64,000 nt of DNA from Hypanus sabinus (taxonomy: Eukaryota), in NCBI RefSeq assembly GCF_030144855.1, contig NC_082709.1, positions 127,534,001 to 127,598,000 on the forward strand, in the 5' to 3' direction. Shown here one piece after another: positions 38,193-52,000 of the stretch (the first letter of the stretch is position 1; every line of letters begins with the position of its first letter). Below the pieces are notes generated by a model. The model worked only from the letters and a program-made list of their open reading frames with translations. It was not told where the DNA came from and searched no databases. Position numbers and translations under genes: made by a program.

Positions 38193-41100
38193 ATGACAAC
38201 TCGATCCAGCGTCAAGTCGTTGCCACCCAGCGAGGGGGGCAGTAGGACATCATAAAGTAAGTCCACCCATGCAAGAGCTAAGGCAGAAGCCGCCAGGGTG
38301 CGACTGCGCTACGCCAGACAAGAAGCAGATTTGAAAATGGAAGCGGCTGCCAGAGAAGCCAAAAACCAGAAGGAAGTGGCTGCCAGAGAAGCCAAAAACC
38401 AGAAGGAAGCGGCCGCCAGAGAAATGGAAAAGGCCGCCAAAGAAGCCAAAAACCAGATGGAAAAGACTGCCAGAGAAGCCGAAAACCAGTTGGAAAGGGC
38501 AAGGAGAGCGGCAGAGTTAGAAGTGCTGACACTGGAACGAGAAGAAGAAGCTGCCAGGGCAGAAGCAGAGTTCATAGAAGATGTTGAAGGAATGCAAGAT
38601 CTGGTTGACGTAAAGTCTACTTCAGAAAAGACCAGATTGGAACGCACAAGCGACTATATCCAATCTCAAACAGTCTGGAAGATTCGTTCTTCCCCTCCAT
38701 ATTTATCTGATAACGCCCCACGTCATGAGGAGTCTCAGAGAGTCCCAATTGCACCACATCCATCTGAGGAAGACAATTTACCCTCGCAACTCCGCGATGA
38801 AGTCAAGAATGAAAGAGCTGATGACAAATACTTCTCGACACCAAACTTACAAGATTTGGTGAGAAGAGAGGCAAAGGCTGAATTCAGAACAGCAAATTCC
38901 ATAACAGATGTACGCCCTCGGTCATATACCCACCGACATACTTCCCCAGGCCGCAGGCCACTTGCAATTGAACCCCTGGCACAGTATTTAGCACAACGAG
39001 ATCTTGCCACTTCAGGACTGTACCAGTTCGACGACAAACCTGAAAATTACCGTGCATGGTACTCCACATTCACCAACGCTATCGACGGAATCCAGCTCAG
39101 AGCAACCCAAGAGTTGGATCTTATGGCGAAATGGCTGGGAAAAGAATCATGCGAACAGGTGAGACGCATACGTACAGTGTACATCAACAACCCCGAGCTA
39201 GCCTTAAGCAAAGCATGGGACAGACTTTGGGAGGGCTATGCGGCCCCCAAAATTATTGAAGTGGCACTATACCGACATCTGGAAAACTTTCCTAAGGTGT
39301 CAGCCAAAGATCACATTAAGTTAAGGGAGCTCGGAGATTTACTCATGGAGATTCAAGGCACCAAAGAAGATGGCTACTCAACTGGTCTATTATACCTAGA
39401 TACTCCATCCGGGATTAGACAAATCGTGGACAAACTTCCATTTGGGCTGCAGGACAGGTGGGTGTCTGTTGCCTCAGAGTACAAAGAAGACAACAATGGT
39501 CGATTTCCTCCCTTTAAGCATTTCACTAGGTTTGTGTGCAGGGAGGCGAAGAAGCGAAACGACCCTAGCCTCATGGGTCCAGGAAGCAGTACAGTTTACA
39601 GCAAGCCAGATAAATCCTCTTCGAATAATTTCAACATTGATAAACCCGTCTCAGTGCTTAAGACTGAAGCCTTTACAACTAACCACGACCCTAGCAAGAA
39701 TTGCCCATTGCATAACAAACCCCACCCCCTCAAAAAATGCAGAACGTTTAGGGAAAAACCCCTTGAAGAGAAGATGGCCCTTCTCAAGGAGAAAAGAATA
39801 TGTTTTAAATGCTGTTCCTCGACCTCTCACTTTGCTAGAGAGTGTACAATCGCTGTGAAGTGTCCGGAATGTGATAGCACTAATCACAATGGGGCCATGC
39901 ATCCCGGCCCATTACCGCCACCCGACAACACTCCTTCACCCCCACAACAGGACGGCGGGGAGGGAGAGGCTCACTCCAGGACAACTGTTGTCAGCTCGAG
40001 CTGTACAGAAGTTTGCGGTCAGGCTCAGTCAAGCCATTCTTGTTCAAAGATCTGCCTCAATAAGGTGTACCCTAAAGGAGCCAAAGACAAGACCATCAAA
40101 GCCTATGTAATTCTGGACGATCAGAGCAATCGCTCACTAGTCAGTCCAGAGTTCTTTAAATTGTTCAACATTGAGAGTGAGCAGTTCCCATACTACCTTA
40201 GAACTTGCTCAGGCAATGTGGAAACTTATGGAAGGAAGGCAGAAGGCTTCCAGCTCGAGTCCCTGGATGGTAAAGTCGTCATCTGTCTCTCTCCACTCTT
40301 AGAGTGCAATGAAATTTTGAATAACCGCACTGAGATCCCGACGCCAAGTGCAGTACTACACCAGCCACATCTCCACCACATCGCCAAACACATACAGAAC
40401 TGGATCCAAAAGCAGAAATACTCCTGCTATTAGGAAGAGATGTTCTTCGGGTGCACAAGGTTAGGCAGCAGGTCAATGGACCACACGACGCCCCCTTTGC
40501 GCAACGCCTGGATCTGGGCTGGGTGGTGATAGGAGAGGTGTTCCTTGGCAGGGTACACAAACCGACGGTTAGCACACTCAAGACCAATGTGTTAGAGAGC
40601 GGCCGCCATTCAATTTTTCAACCCTGCACAAGTTTCATGTGTATCAAGGAAGCATGACAAGGCTTTAACAAATGTAAAGTAACCGACAAGACGCTGGGTC
40701 AGTCAGTCTTCGCTCAAACCGAGCACGATAATAAACTTGCTCCATCAGCTCAAGACATCATTTTCTTAAGAATGATGGACACCAAGGTCTTCAGAGATGA
40801 AGCAAATAATGGGGTCGCCCCACTACCTTTCAGAGAACCATGCCAGTGCTTGCCAAACAACAAAGAGCAGGCAGTCAAGCGGTTCACACCCTTGCAAAAA
40901 ACCCTGAAAAGGAAACCTGAGATGCAGCAACGCACCCGATTGACCCACGAGGTACTGTGCACACTAATGGCAGAGGTCACAGCCATTATAAATGCACGAC
41001 CACTCCTACCCGTGTCTTCTGACCCAGAAAACCCCTTCATACTCTCGCCATCAATGCTCCCTACACAGAAGGCAGGAGCCCCCCCTCCACCAGAGGACTT

Positions 41101-41288
41101 CTCTGATAAGGATTTGTACTTAAAGCAGTGGAGACAGGTCCAGGCTCTGGCAAATTGGTCCTGGTCTTGCTACATTCCCTAGCAGGGATGGACATGTCAG
41201 GAAGGTTGAGTTGAAAACTACCGACCAAGGCGATGTGAAAATATACCAAAGGCCTGTTACAGAAGTCATTCTACTTCTGCCTGATTAG
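38193..41288 (+). pseudogene. BEL/Pao gag-protease polyprotein with integrase C-terminal remnant (open stretch 38298-40433, 711 aa)
   Basis: In-frame ATG 38193 then TAA 38253-38255. Coiled-coil repeats; FDDKPENYRAW gag motif; three Zn knuckles (CPLHNKPHPLKKC, CFKCCSSTSHFAREC, CPECDSTNHNGAMH); protease YVILDDQSNRSL; frameshift near 40393; later LTHEVLCTLMAEVTAIINARPL and RPVTEVILL. Confidence 0.9.
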
Positions 41289-41342
41289 AGACTAAAGTTT
41301 TGTATTATGTTCATTGTGACCTTACGAAGGTCAAGCGGGGAG

Positions 41343-42019
41343 TGTGCTGCCTTCATGGCAGTTATTTAGTTTATAATATTTTCGCTTAGTAATTCATTTG
41401 TTAGCATTCTAGTTAAAGTTAGGATTGTTTAAAGTTGTCTGCGAGAGATCGTGGCATGCGATGACGTCACATCCGGTTTCGCCGCGTCCTGTGGGAAAAT
41501 ACCGGTTTGGGAAAAACTGAAAGGTGGGGGGAAGATACATATGCGAACAAGCAGCAGCAGCAACATTTTCTCTCTGCGCACCAGAAACATTGTGAAAGCA
41601 ACGCTGTGAGTTATGAGATAATGGATATGTTGAATTAAAATATTAACGCCGATCCTGTTAAAAGTAACGACGGTCAATAATGTTTATGTTTTCGTTAGTT
41701 AAAGAGTTGCGGATAGTTTGCGTTGAAGTGTATTTAAAGCAGTCAATGGCGTAGGTAGATTCCTACTGTATGCTGCACTTTAATGTAATGTAGTTGTTGT
41801 AGTTTTACTTTTGCAAGTATTTACGATGTAAATGTAATATCAAGAAGGAAACAAATGCTGTACAAATCTTGTATTGTTTTGTCAATAGTTTTCACCATAC
41901 GTCAATGTGGAAGAGTAAACAGTAAATGGTTAATCTTACTGTGATCCTGTCGTTATTGACAAAGGTTTATCTCGGTGTTTAGTTCCGTGTTATCTTACAC
42001 ACAGAGCGAGAACACTACA
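41343..42019 (+). repeat. 3' LTR of young BEL element
   Basis: Direct repeat of 37478-38154. Confidence 0.95.
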
Positions 42020-42164
42020 AGGGTCGAGATGGCCTGTTTCCGTGCTGTAATTGTTATATGGTTATTCAGCGATGATAAATGCTAAATGGTTTCTTCTTAA
42101 AAAAACATTATGAATAAATTCTACACAACATTATATCTTTGGGAACATGAACAGCAAATACTGA

Positions 42165-44490
42165 TGGTTAAAGTGTCCTTGTTGGGACTCAACACCTCAC
42201 TCTGTAACTGGATCTTGGACTTCTTGATGGAAAGGCCCCAGTTAGTCTGAGTTGGCAGAAACATCTCAAGCTCCACCATGCTGAGAACTAGTGCCTCCCA
42301 GAGCTGTGTGCTCAGCCAACTGCTACTTATGGTGCTGACTCACGACTGCACTGCTAAATCCAACTCAAACAGCATCCACTTCACTGATGATACAACAGTA
42401 TTTGGCCTCATCTGCAACAGTGATGAGTTGGCATAAAGAGAGGAGGTAGAGAAGTTTGTCAGATGGTTTGAGAACAACCTGAGTCTCAACATGGACAAGA
42501 CAAAAGAGATGATTGCAGACTTCAAGAAGGCACAATTCAACTCCATTGCACATCACTGGCACTGCCATGGAGAGAGTGAAGAGCACAAAGTTCCTAGGTG
42601 TATACATAACAGACAATCTAACCTGGACCCTTAACATCTCATTAGTCAAGAAGGCACAGCAGTGCCTACACTTTCTGAGAAGATTGAGGTGTGCAAGCTT
42701 CCCACCCCTATTCTAACAACATTTCCAGGAGTACCATTGAGGGTGTTCTGTCTGGCTGAATTAGTTTTTGGCATGAAAGCTGCAAGCCGACTGTTCACAA
42801 GACCCTACAGAGGATAGTAGGGGGGCTGCTGCCCCTCTCACTGGACCCCCTGCAGTTTGCGTACCGTCCCAACCGCTCAACAGATGATGTCATTGCCATC
42901 ACTCTCCACCTAGCCCTAACCCACCTGGGCAAAAAAGACACAGACGTTCAGATGCTGTTCATAGACTTTAGTTCAGCATTCAACACAATCATCCCTCAGA
43001 CACTGATTGGAAAGCTGAGCCTACTGGGCCTGAACACCTCCCTCTGCAACTGGATCCTAGACTTCCTGACTGGGAGACCTCAGTCAGTCCGGATCAGGAG
43101 CAGCATCTCCAACACCATCTCACTGAGCACGGGGCCCCCCAGGGCTGTGTGCTCAGTCCACTGCTGTTCACTCTGCTGACCCACAACTGTGCTGCAACAC
43201 AGCTCGATCCGCATCATCAAGTTCGTCGATCACACGACCGTGGTGGGTCTCATCAGCAAGAACGACGAGTCAGTTTACAGAGAGGAGGTGCAGCAGCTAA
43301 CGGACTGGTGCAGAGCCAACAACCTGTCTCTGAATGTGAGCAAAACTAAAGAGATGGTTGTTGACTTCAGGAGGCCATGGAGCGACCACTCCCCGCCGAA
43401 CATTGACGTCTCCTTGGTAGAGATCGTTAAGAGCACCAAATTTCTTGGTGTTCACCTGGTGGAGAATCTTACCTGATCCCTCAACACCAACTCCATAGCA
43501 AAGAAAGCCCAGCAGCATCTCTACTTCCTGCGAAAGCTGAGGAAATTCCATCTTCCACCCCCCATCCTCATCACATTCTACAGGGGTTGTACTGAGAGTA
43601 TCCTGAGCAGCTGCATCACTGCCTGGTTCAGAGATTGGACCATCTCGGATCGCAAGACCCTGCAGCGGATAGTGAGGTCAGCTGAGAAGATCATCAGGGT
43701 CTCTCTTCCCGCCATTATGGACATTTACACTACACACTGCATCCACAAAGTAAACAGCGTTATGAAGGACCCCACACAGCCCTCATACAAACTCTTCTCC
43801 CTCCTGCCGTCTAGGAAAAAGCACCAAAGCATTCGGGCTCTCGCGACCAGACAATGTAACAGTTTCTTCCCACAAGCTATCAGACTCCTCAATACCCAGA
43901 GCCTGGACTGTCACCTTACTGCCCTATTGTCTTGTTTATTATTTATTGTAATGCCTGCACTGTTTTGTGCACTTTATGCAGTCCTGGGTAGGTCTGTAGT
44001 CAATTGTAATTTTTTTCCTGTGTTGTTTTTTTTTACGTAGATCAGTCTAGTTTTTGTATTGTGTCATATAACACCATGGTCCTGAAAAAACGTTATCTCA
44101 TTTTTACTATGTACTGTACCAAAATATGGTCGAAATGACAATAAAAGTGACTTGACCTGAATGTTGTATATGAAGGACCCAAATCCCACAGTCTCTGATC
44201 CACTGTCATCCGGAAGGAGGTACAGGAGCATCAGGACTAGGACTGCCAGACTGGATAACAGCTTATTCCCTCTGTCTTCGAGACTAATATATACCCTGCC
44301 ATCATCAAGGTCCTGTCACTAGGATAGTGAGCTGTTTACTGTATTGTTTACAGTTTGCGCATTACATGCACTTTGAATTATATTTTACTAACTTATTTGT
44401 AACATATTTGTATACTAACTTATTAATATTTTGTTTGATGTGCTATGTGTGATATCTGTTTTGTGTGTGTACAGATGACAATAGACTTGA
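42165..44490 (+). mobile_element. Older Rex/Babar remnant with a younger Rex/Babar copy nested at ~42825-44160
   Basis: The same RT region occurs twice ([22 protein letters not shown]). The inner copy has [14 protein letters not shown] and [15 protein letters not shown] and ends aataaaagtgacttga. Confidence 0.85.
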
Positions 44491-45749
44491 ACTTGAGACT
44501 TGACACTTGATAGATCACAGTCAGTTATATAAACTTGGCAGCAGATAGAATGGAGCCATTTGAAATCTGAAAGGGTCAGATTAGTAGATGTACCAGCGAA
44601 TTTAACATATGTTAAAAAAAGGCATTGCAAAAGTAGGATGAGCAAAAGAATTAAAGAGAAAAATTTTGTGGATTACTTTGAAGTCATGGTGGCATTCCAG
44701 ATTTAAGAATCAGGGCAGCTAAAACTGCCACTCAAACAGCTAGAAGAGATTTAAATACAAAACTGAACATCTTGAATATCACAGCTTTAAATTAGAAAAC
44801 AAATAGAAATTATGAAGGTAAGATATAGTAGGTAATGGAGATTTAATTCTAGGAGATTAGAAAAATCTTAGGAGAAATTATGGTTTATAGATCAGTTTTT
44901 TTTATCCTGTGTGTTTAGTGATTGAGCAAGTGTTTTAAATGGTAAGACTTTAATTTATGCTTGACCAGTTCCAACCATTATTCAAGTCATTATAAGGAGA
45001 CAGATAATTAGGTTTACTTCCTTTCTTTGAGGGAAGAAGAGCAATTACTCTATAATTTAATATAAAAAGTAAACAGTGTGAAATTAGCAAATAAGTATGA
45101 AATACAAATAAGGTTATGTTGATCACCAACTTCACTAGTTAATTCAACAGCTTAAACAGTGAACAAAGTGATTTGATACAAGTACATTGAATGTTAGAAG
45201 GCTAATTTCACTTTAAATCATTTCAAGGTTTTGAGCATTTTCACTGCAAATAAATGATCATCTTATATTTTGAAATTAGTGATGCATTTGGAATTGAGGC
45301 AAAATCAAATATAAACGGAAAACTTAAAAATTTGTTTCTGAAATAAGGAGCTCATTGAGTATTTTGAAATAACATCAATATTTGAAGGACACAAAATGGA
45401 ACATCTCCATTGCTTTGAAGGAGATGAGAAAAGCAGTCTGAATCAGGCACTTGGTTTATGTTGATGTTGAACTGACTCAAGCCTGATGAGAATGGCTGCA
45501 GAATTAATTTCTAAACTTGTTATGTGAGATTTCTTAAGCAGCAGAAAAAAGTCATTCAATTCAGTTGCAGAAAATTTGTAAATGAAAGTTATTTCCATAT
45601 CAACCTGTATTTTGGCAGGAAATGATCCTTTTTTAAAATCATCAAAAGAATAATATAATTCTAATTATTTACTGAGCTGTATGTTCAAGTCAATTGCTCA
45701 TTGTATAAGTTCAAGTTTAATTGTCATTCAACAGGATGATACAAGATTA

Positions 45750-47200
45750 CGAGATATAGGAGCAGAATTAGGTCATTCAGCCCATTATGTCTGCTCCACC
45801 ATTCTATCATGGCTAATTTATTATCCCTTTCAACCTAATTCTCCTGCCTTCACCCTGTAACCTTTGTTGCCTTACTAATTAATGACCTATCAACCTCCAT
45901 TTTAAATATCCCCAATAACATGGACTCCACAGCCATCTGCAGTAATTAATTTTGCAGATTCACCACCCTCTGACCAAAGAAATTTCTCCTCATGTCTGTG
46001 CTAAAGTGACATCCTTATATTCTGAGGCTGTGCCCTTTGGTCCTAGAATCTCCCACCATTGGAAACATCTTCTCCACATCCACTTTATTAAGGCTTTTCG
46101 ATATTCAATAAGTTTCAATGAGATTCCCCTCATTCTTTTAAACTCCTGTGAATACTCTCATGAATAACCTCAGGACCAGCATATCCTTTCTTCGACAAGA
46201 GGCCCAAAACGGCTCATAATATTCCACTTATGGTGTGATCAATGCCTTATAAAGCTTCGGTATTATATATCTTTGTTTTTATAGTGTAGTTCTCTCAAAT
46301 TAATGCAAACATTGCATTTGTCTTCCTTACTACCCACTCAACCTGCAATTTAACCTTTATGGAATTCTACATGAGGACTTCCAAGTCCCTTTGCATATTT
46401 GATTTCTGAATTTGCTACCCATTCACTTCCCTACAATGTATTCCAGTTTACATTTATTTGGCCATTATCCTAATCTGTCCAAGTCCTTCTGCAGACTCCA
46501 TGCTTACCTCAACACTGCCTGCCCCCCATCTATCTTTGTACTGTCCACAAACTTAGCCACAAACCCATCAATACAGTTATCCAGATCATTGACATATATT
46601 GTGAGAAGTGGTCCCAACACCAACCTCTGTGAAACACCACTAATCACTGGCAGCCCCAATCAGAAATTCCCCCTTTATTGCCACTATTTGTCTCTTGCCA
46701 GTCAGCCAGTCTTCTGACGTGCTGGTATCTTTCTCTTATCTGGTTTAGCAGCACCTTGTCAAAGGCCTTCTGAAAATCCAAGTAAACAAGATCCACTGAC
46801 TCTTCATTGTGTATCCTACCTGTTACTTCCTGAAAGAAATCCAACAGATCTGTCAGACAAGATATCCCTTTTAGGAAACCATGTTGACTTAGGCCTATTT
46901 TATCATGTGCTTTCAAGTACCCTGAAATCTCATCCTTAATAATGGACTCTAACACCTTGCCAACCACTGAAGTCAGGCTAATTGGCCTGTAACTTTCTGT
47001 GTTTTGCCTCCCCACTCTGCACTTCTTAAAGAGTGCAGTGACACTTGCAATTTTCCAGTCATCCAGAACCATTCCAGGTCGAGTGATTCTTGAAAGGTCA
47101 CTACTAATGCCGCCATGATCTCTTCAACTCCTCTTTTATAAACTTCAGGTGTAGTCTATCTGATTAAGTGACTTATCTACCTTCAGACCTTTCAACTTCT
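45750..47200 (-). mobile_element. CR1 LINE remnant
   Basis: YRPISLTSVVGKVLES, SQHGFLKG, YLDFQKAFDKV on the minus strand. Confidence 0.9.
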
Positions 47201-48414
47201 TGTTAGTGGAGGCTGCACTCACTTTTACCTTATGACAGTTATGAAGAATATGAATAATGTGAAGCATGTTTTATTTTTCATTAAGCTATTTACCAAACTG
47301 GGATAGGAAACTTACAGTTTTGAGGTAGTTGTTTTGAAGCCTTGTAATTGAGTGATAGGTTCTAGAGAGAAATAATGGAATCTGGGTTGCCTTGATGGAC
47401 AAAAATCATTGTTTTTTTGAGAAAATCAGCTAAGTCTTAAATATATTGTTCATTTGTGTTCATTCAAAGATTAATGCATTCACTAATTTGCATTCACTAA
47501 AATGCATCCAACAAAGTGTAAGGAAAACAAAAAGACTAGTCATTTTAAGGCCAAGGATCAGATAGGAATAAAGAAAGTAATACAGATTTTTATTCTTTGC
47601 AAGTTTGGTATTCATATCACATTTGTGCATGTTAAAGTTTAAAAATAGAATTGAAACTGAAAATAAAGCACTTCAAGATGTTATCATTTCCTTTCTGACA
47701 GCTATAATCTACAACATGTACCTGCCAAAAATAGAGTAAGAGAATAGAATCTTTAATATCACATTATTGTACTAATTCAAATAATTATTGTATCTAAGTA
47801 ACTGCTGTTACAGATTTATGTCATTCCTCTCCTTTTATCAGTTATTTTAATTGCTGAAGCTCTAGTGTAAATAGAGAAATAACCGATGAAGTATATTTTA
47901 TTGACTAACAGGAATTTGCATAAACCAAATGAATGGATTTGACAAATATTAGCTTTTAAATGAAACCATGGTAACTTTTCATTATCTGCATGTCATGCTA
48001 TGACAGCAGTTGAATATATTACTTCAAATTATTTTTTAAATAGATATTTATGCTCACAAATAACAACTGGTGGATTTTGTCCTTCATGCTTATACTGAAG
48101 CATTTGCTAAGTGGAATTGTTGAGAGTTCAATTAATCTTTTTATTTCTTCTTTTCTTCACACATTTTATAGTGTTTACATAAGACAGAATATCAAAAATT
48201 TCATGGCTCTCTTCTTTTGCTGTTATCTTTTGCAATACTTACTATTGTTTTATTTTGTATTGCATTTTCTATTAATCCTCACAAAAAATGATAAATGATA
48301 AAAGCATAAATGATTAAATCTCTGATTCCATGTATCTTTGTGTTAAGTTCACTGGATGATGGAGTTTAATTGTCTAATGTAATATGCTTGCATATCAACA
48401 TACACCAAATACCT

Positions 48415-48700
48415 TTCTCTCATGATCCACTCCCCTCTCCCATCAGATTCCTTCTTCATCATTCCTTTACCTTTCCACCTATCACCTCCCACCTCTCACT
48501 TCATCCCCTCCTCTCCACTTACCAACTGTCTCCCTCACCTGTTTTCACCTAACATTTGCCAGTTTGTACTCCTTCCCCTCCCCTACTTTCTTACTCTGGC
48601 TTCTTTCCAGTCCTGATGAAGAGACTTGGCCCAAAACTTCAACAGTTTATTCCTCTCCATAGATGCTGCCTGACCCGCTGAGTTCCTCCAGTAGTTTGTT
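48415..48700 (+). mobile_element. Penelope-like element 3' terminal repeat remnant with decayed hammerhead motif
   Basis: Pyrimidine-rich tract, then cagtcctgatgaagagacttggcccaaaac...tagatgctgcctgacccgctgagttcctccag; reverse-complement homolog of 55224-55600. Confidence 0.75.
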
Positions 48701-49004
48701 TTGTCCGCTTTTGCTGTCAGTTACTTCTCGCACTTGAGCTTTGGCAATTGAAATAGCTAATAAAAGGAATGCAATGATGTAAATTTTATACAGCAGTCAC
48801 TTAGATAATTAATTGAATTATTACAATAATATGCTATTATAGATTCTATTTGCTTCCTCTATTTTTGGCATGTATATGTTGGCGATTATAGCTGTCAAAA
48901 TGGAAGTGAGAACATCTTGGAGTGCTTTATTTTCAATTTCAAGTTTTTTTCTGTGTGGCTTTGAATTTCCAGAAATTGAAGAATCTCTTGTATTTATGCT
49001 TGCA

Positions 49005-52000
49005 TAGAAACATAGAAAGCCTATAGCACAATACAGGCCCTTCAGCCCACAATGCTGTGCTGACCATGTACTTAGTTTAGAAATTACCAAGGGTTACCCA
49101 TAGCCCTATATTTTTTAAGCTCCATGCACCTATCCAGGAGTCTCTTAAAAGACCCTATTGTATCCGCCTCCTCCACTGTTGGCAGCCTATTCCACACACT
49201 CATCACTCTGCATAAAAAAATTTACCCCTGACATCTCCTCTATACTGTTACGAACCCCGTAACTGAGTTACTTACCAGCAAAGATAGAGACGTCCGTTGG
49301 AGTCTGATGATACTATTTTTAACAGTATTTATAAGTAAAAATACACAAAAATAATATCAATGCAAATATATGTTGTCAATACTAAATCTAAAAGTGCGGG
49401 TATAATAATAATCACTAAGAAATAAGCTCTATCGTTGTCTAGGGGATAATGAATTGTCCGATGGAAATATAAAGTTCGCTGCAGTTCACACAGGCTGCCA
49501 TCGTTTGTTTGTCGCTGTGTTGCAATTGTTGGAGAGAGAGAGTGGAGAATGGGAACAGTTACCACTAAGTGTTCTGCCAATCTTCCTTTATGATTTTGAT
49601 CCGTTGATGTCTCATTGTTGTGGCCGTTCAATTGTGTCCTCTCCTTTAGCTAAACTGTTCTTCCGTTATGAGCCCACCACCCAAGCAAGGGAGGACGCAC
49701 ATGAGCTCTCACCGGCTTTTGCTATAAAACACTGTCCCTGGATCTCTAGCGTTTCTCCTGCTGCGTCTAAAGGGGTGTTCCCCAGACCCATCTTTTATCC
49801 TCACTCACGGGGTCTCAGATGTCAATCAGGTTGGGATGATGCAATCCCTCAACCAGACCACTCTGGTTGTCCCCTGAGGGGTTTCATTGAATAGTACAGT
49901 ACTCAATACACAATTCCTTCTCCAAGAGACAATAGCAGTAATCAGTGGTTCCGTTCCATTTATGTCAGGAAACATTCCACCTGGTTGTGTATTCTGCATC
50001 TTTCTCTCTCATTTCCTGACATGCTGTGTATCTCTCTTATCTCCTGGGTCTCATACCCGAAATACTAGCGATTTTGTGATTCTCAAAAAGGAGGGGGGTG
50101 ACTTTGCACCCTTCGGCCCCTCAGAGTTGCTCCACATTTGTAACAGTACCTACTTCTAAGCACCTTAAAACTGTACCCTCTCATGCTAGCCATTTCAGCT
50201 TTGGGAAAAAGCCTCTGACTACCCACACGATCAATGCCTCTCATCATCTTATACTCCTCTATCAGTTCATCCTCTGCCGCTCCAAGAGAAAAGGCCCAGC
50301 TCACTTAACCTATTCTCATAAGTCATCCTCCCCAATCCAGGCAACATCCTTGTCAATCTCATCTGCACCCTTTCTATAATTTCCACATCCTTCCTGTAGT
50401 GAGGTGAGCAGAACTGAGCAGAGTACTCCAAGTGGGATCTGACCAGGGTCTTATAAAGCTGTAACATTACCTTTCGGCTCTTAAACTCAATCCCACAGCT
50501 GATGAAGGACAATGTACCTTATGCCTTCTTAACCACAGAGTCAACCTGCACAGCAGCATTGAGTGTCCTATGGACTTTGACCCCAAGATTCCTCTGATCC
50601 TCCACACTGCCAAGTGTCTTACCATTAATACTATATTCTGCCATCATATTTGACCTACCAAAATGAACCAGCTCACACTTATCTGGGTTGAACTCCATCT
50701 GCCACTTCTCAGCCCAGTTTTGCATCCTATCAATGTCCTGCCCGCCACACTATCTACAATGCTCCCAACCTTTGTGTCATCAGCAAATTTACTAACCCAT
50801 CCCTCCACTTCCTCATCCAGGTCATTTATAAAAATCACAAAGAGAAGGGGTCCCAGAACAGATCCCTGAGGCACATTACACGTCACGGACCTCCATGCAG
50901 AATATGGCCCGTCCACAACCACTCTTTGCCTTCTGCGGGCAAGCCAATTCTGGATCCACAAATCAAGGCCCCCTTCGATCCCATGCCTTCTTACTTTCTC
51001 AATAAGCCTTGCAGGGGTACCTTATCAAATGCTTTGCTGAAATCCATATACACTACATCTACTGCTCTACCTTCATCAATGTGTTCAGTTACATCCTCAA
51101 AAAATTCAATCAGGTTCATAAGGCATGACCTGCCTTTGACAAAGCCATGCTGACTATTCCTAATCATATTACGCTTCACCAAATGTTAATAAATCTTGCC
51201 TCTCAGGATCTCACCAACAACTGAACTAAGACTCACTGGTCTACAATTCCCTGGGCTATCTCTACTTCCTTACTTGAATAAAGGAACAACATCTGCAACA
51301 CTCCAATTCTCCGGCATCTCTCCTGTCCCCATTGATGATGCAAAGATCATTTCCAGAAGCTCAGCAATCTCCTCCCTGGCCTCCCATAGTAGCCTGGGGT
51401 GCATCTCATCTGGTCTCAGAGACTTATCCAACTTGATGCTTTCTAAAAGCTCCAGCACATCCTCTTTCTTAATGTCTATATGCTCAAGCTTTTCAATCCA
51501 CTGTAAGTCATCCCTACAATTGCCAAGATCCTTTTCCGTAGTGAATACTGAAGCAAAGTATTCAGTAAGTACCTCTGCTATCTCCTCCGGTTCCATACAC
51601 ACTTTTCCACTGTCACATTTGATTTGTCCTATTCTCTCATGTCTTATCCTCTTGCTCTTCACATACTTGTAGAATGCCTTGGCATATTTCTTAATCCTGC
51701 TTGCCAAGGCCTTCTCCTGGCCCCTTCTGGCTCTCCTAACTTTATTTTTAAGTTCCTTCCTGCTCGTCTTATAATCTTCTAGATTTTTGTCATTACCTAG
51801 TTTTTTTGAACCTTTCGTAAGCTCTGCTTTTCTTCTTGACTAGATTTACAACAGCCTTTGTACACCATGGTTCTTGTACCCAACCATCCTTTCCCTGTCT
51901 CATTGGAACATACCTATGCAGAACACTACGCAAATATCCCCCAAACGTTTGCCACGTTTCTGCCATACATTTCCCTGAGAACATCTGTTCCCAATTTATG

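Larger units (their letters stand above)
37478..42019 (+). mobile_element. Young BEL/Pao LTR retrotransposon, internally deleted (no RT/RNase H/integrase core)
   Basis: Two 677-bp LTRs with TG...CA ends, exact 5-bp TSD AGGGT (37473-37477, 42020-42024), PPT AAGCGGGGAG before the 3' LTR, BEL-type gag and protease. Confidence 0.95.
36743..42065 (+). mobile_element. CR1 3' fragment whose 3' UTR is split by the young BEL element (pieces 36743-37477 and 42025-42065)
   Basis: HFGRNN, EQSDLGIMVHSSLK motifs; UTR rejoins as ggactagaagggt|cgagatggcctgtttccgtgctgta. Confidence 0.85.

Noticed and set aside
38298-40433. 711-aa ORF as a novel host gene or domesticated Gag
   Set aside because: It lies between ~97% identical LTRs with a TSD, its natural ATG is followed by a stop at codon 21, and it ends in a frameshift, so it is TE-internal.
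47905-47975. Branch-point-like ctaacag followed by a possible phase-1 exon
   Set aside because: The frame hits TAG after 13 codons and does not resemble the expected CFAP47 segment.
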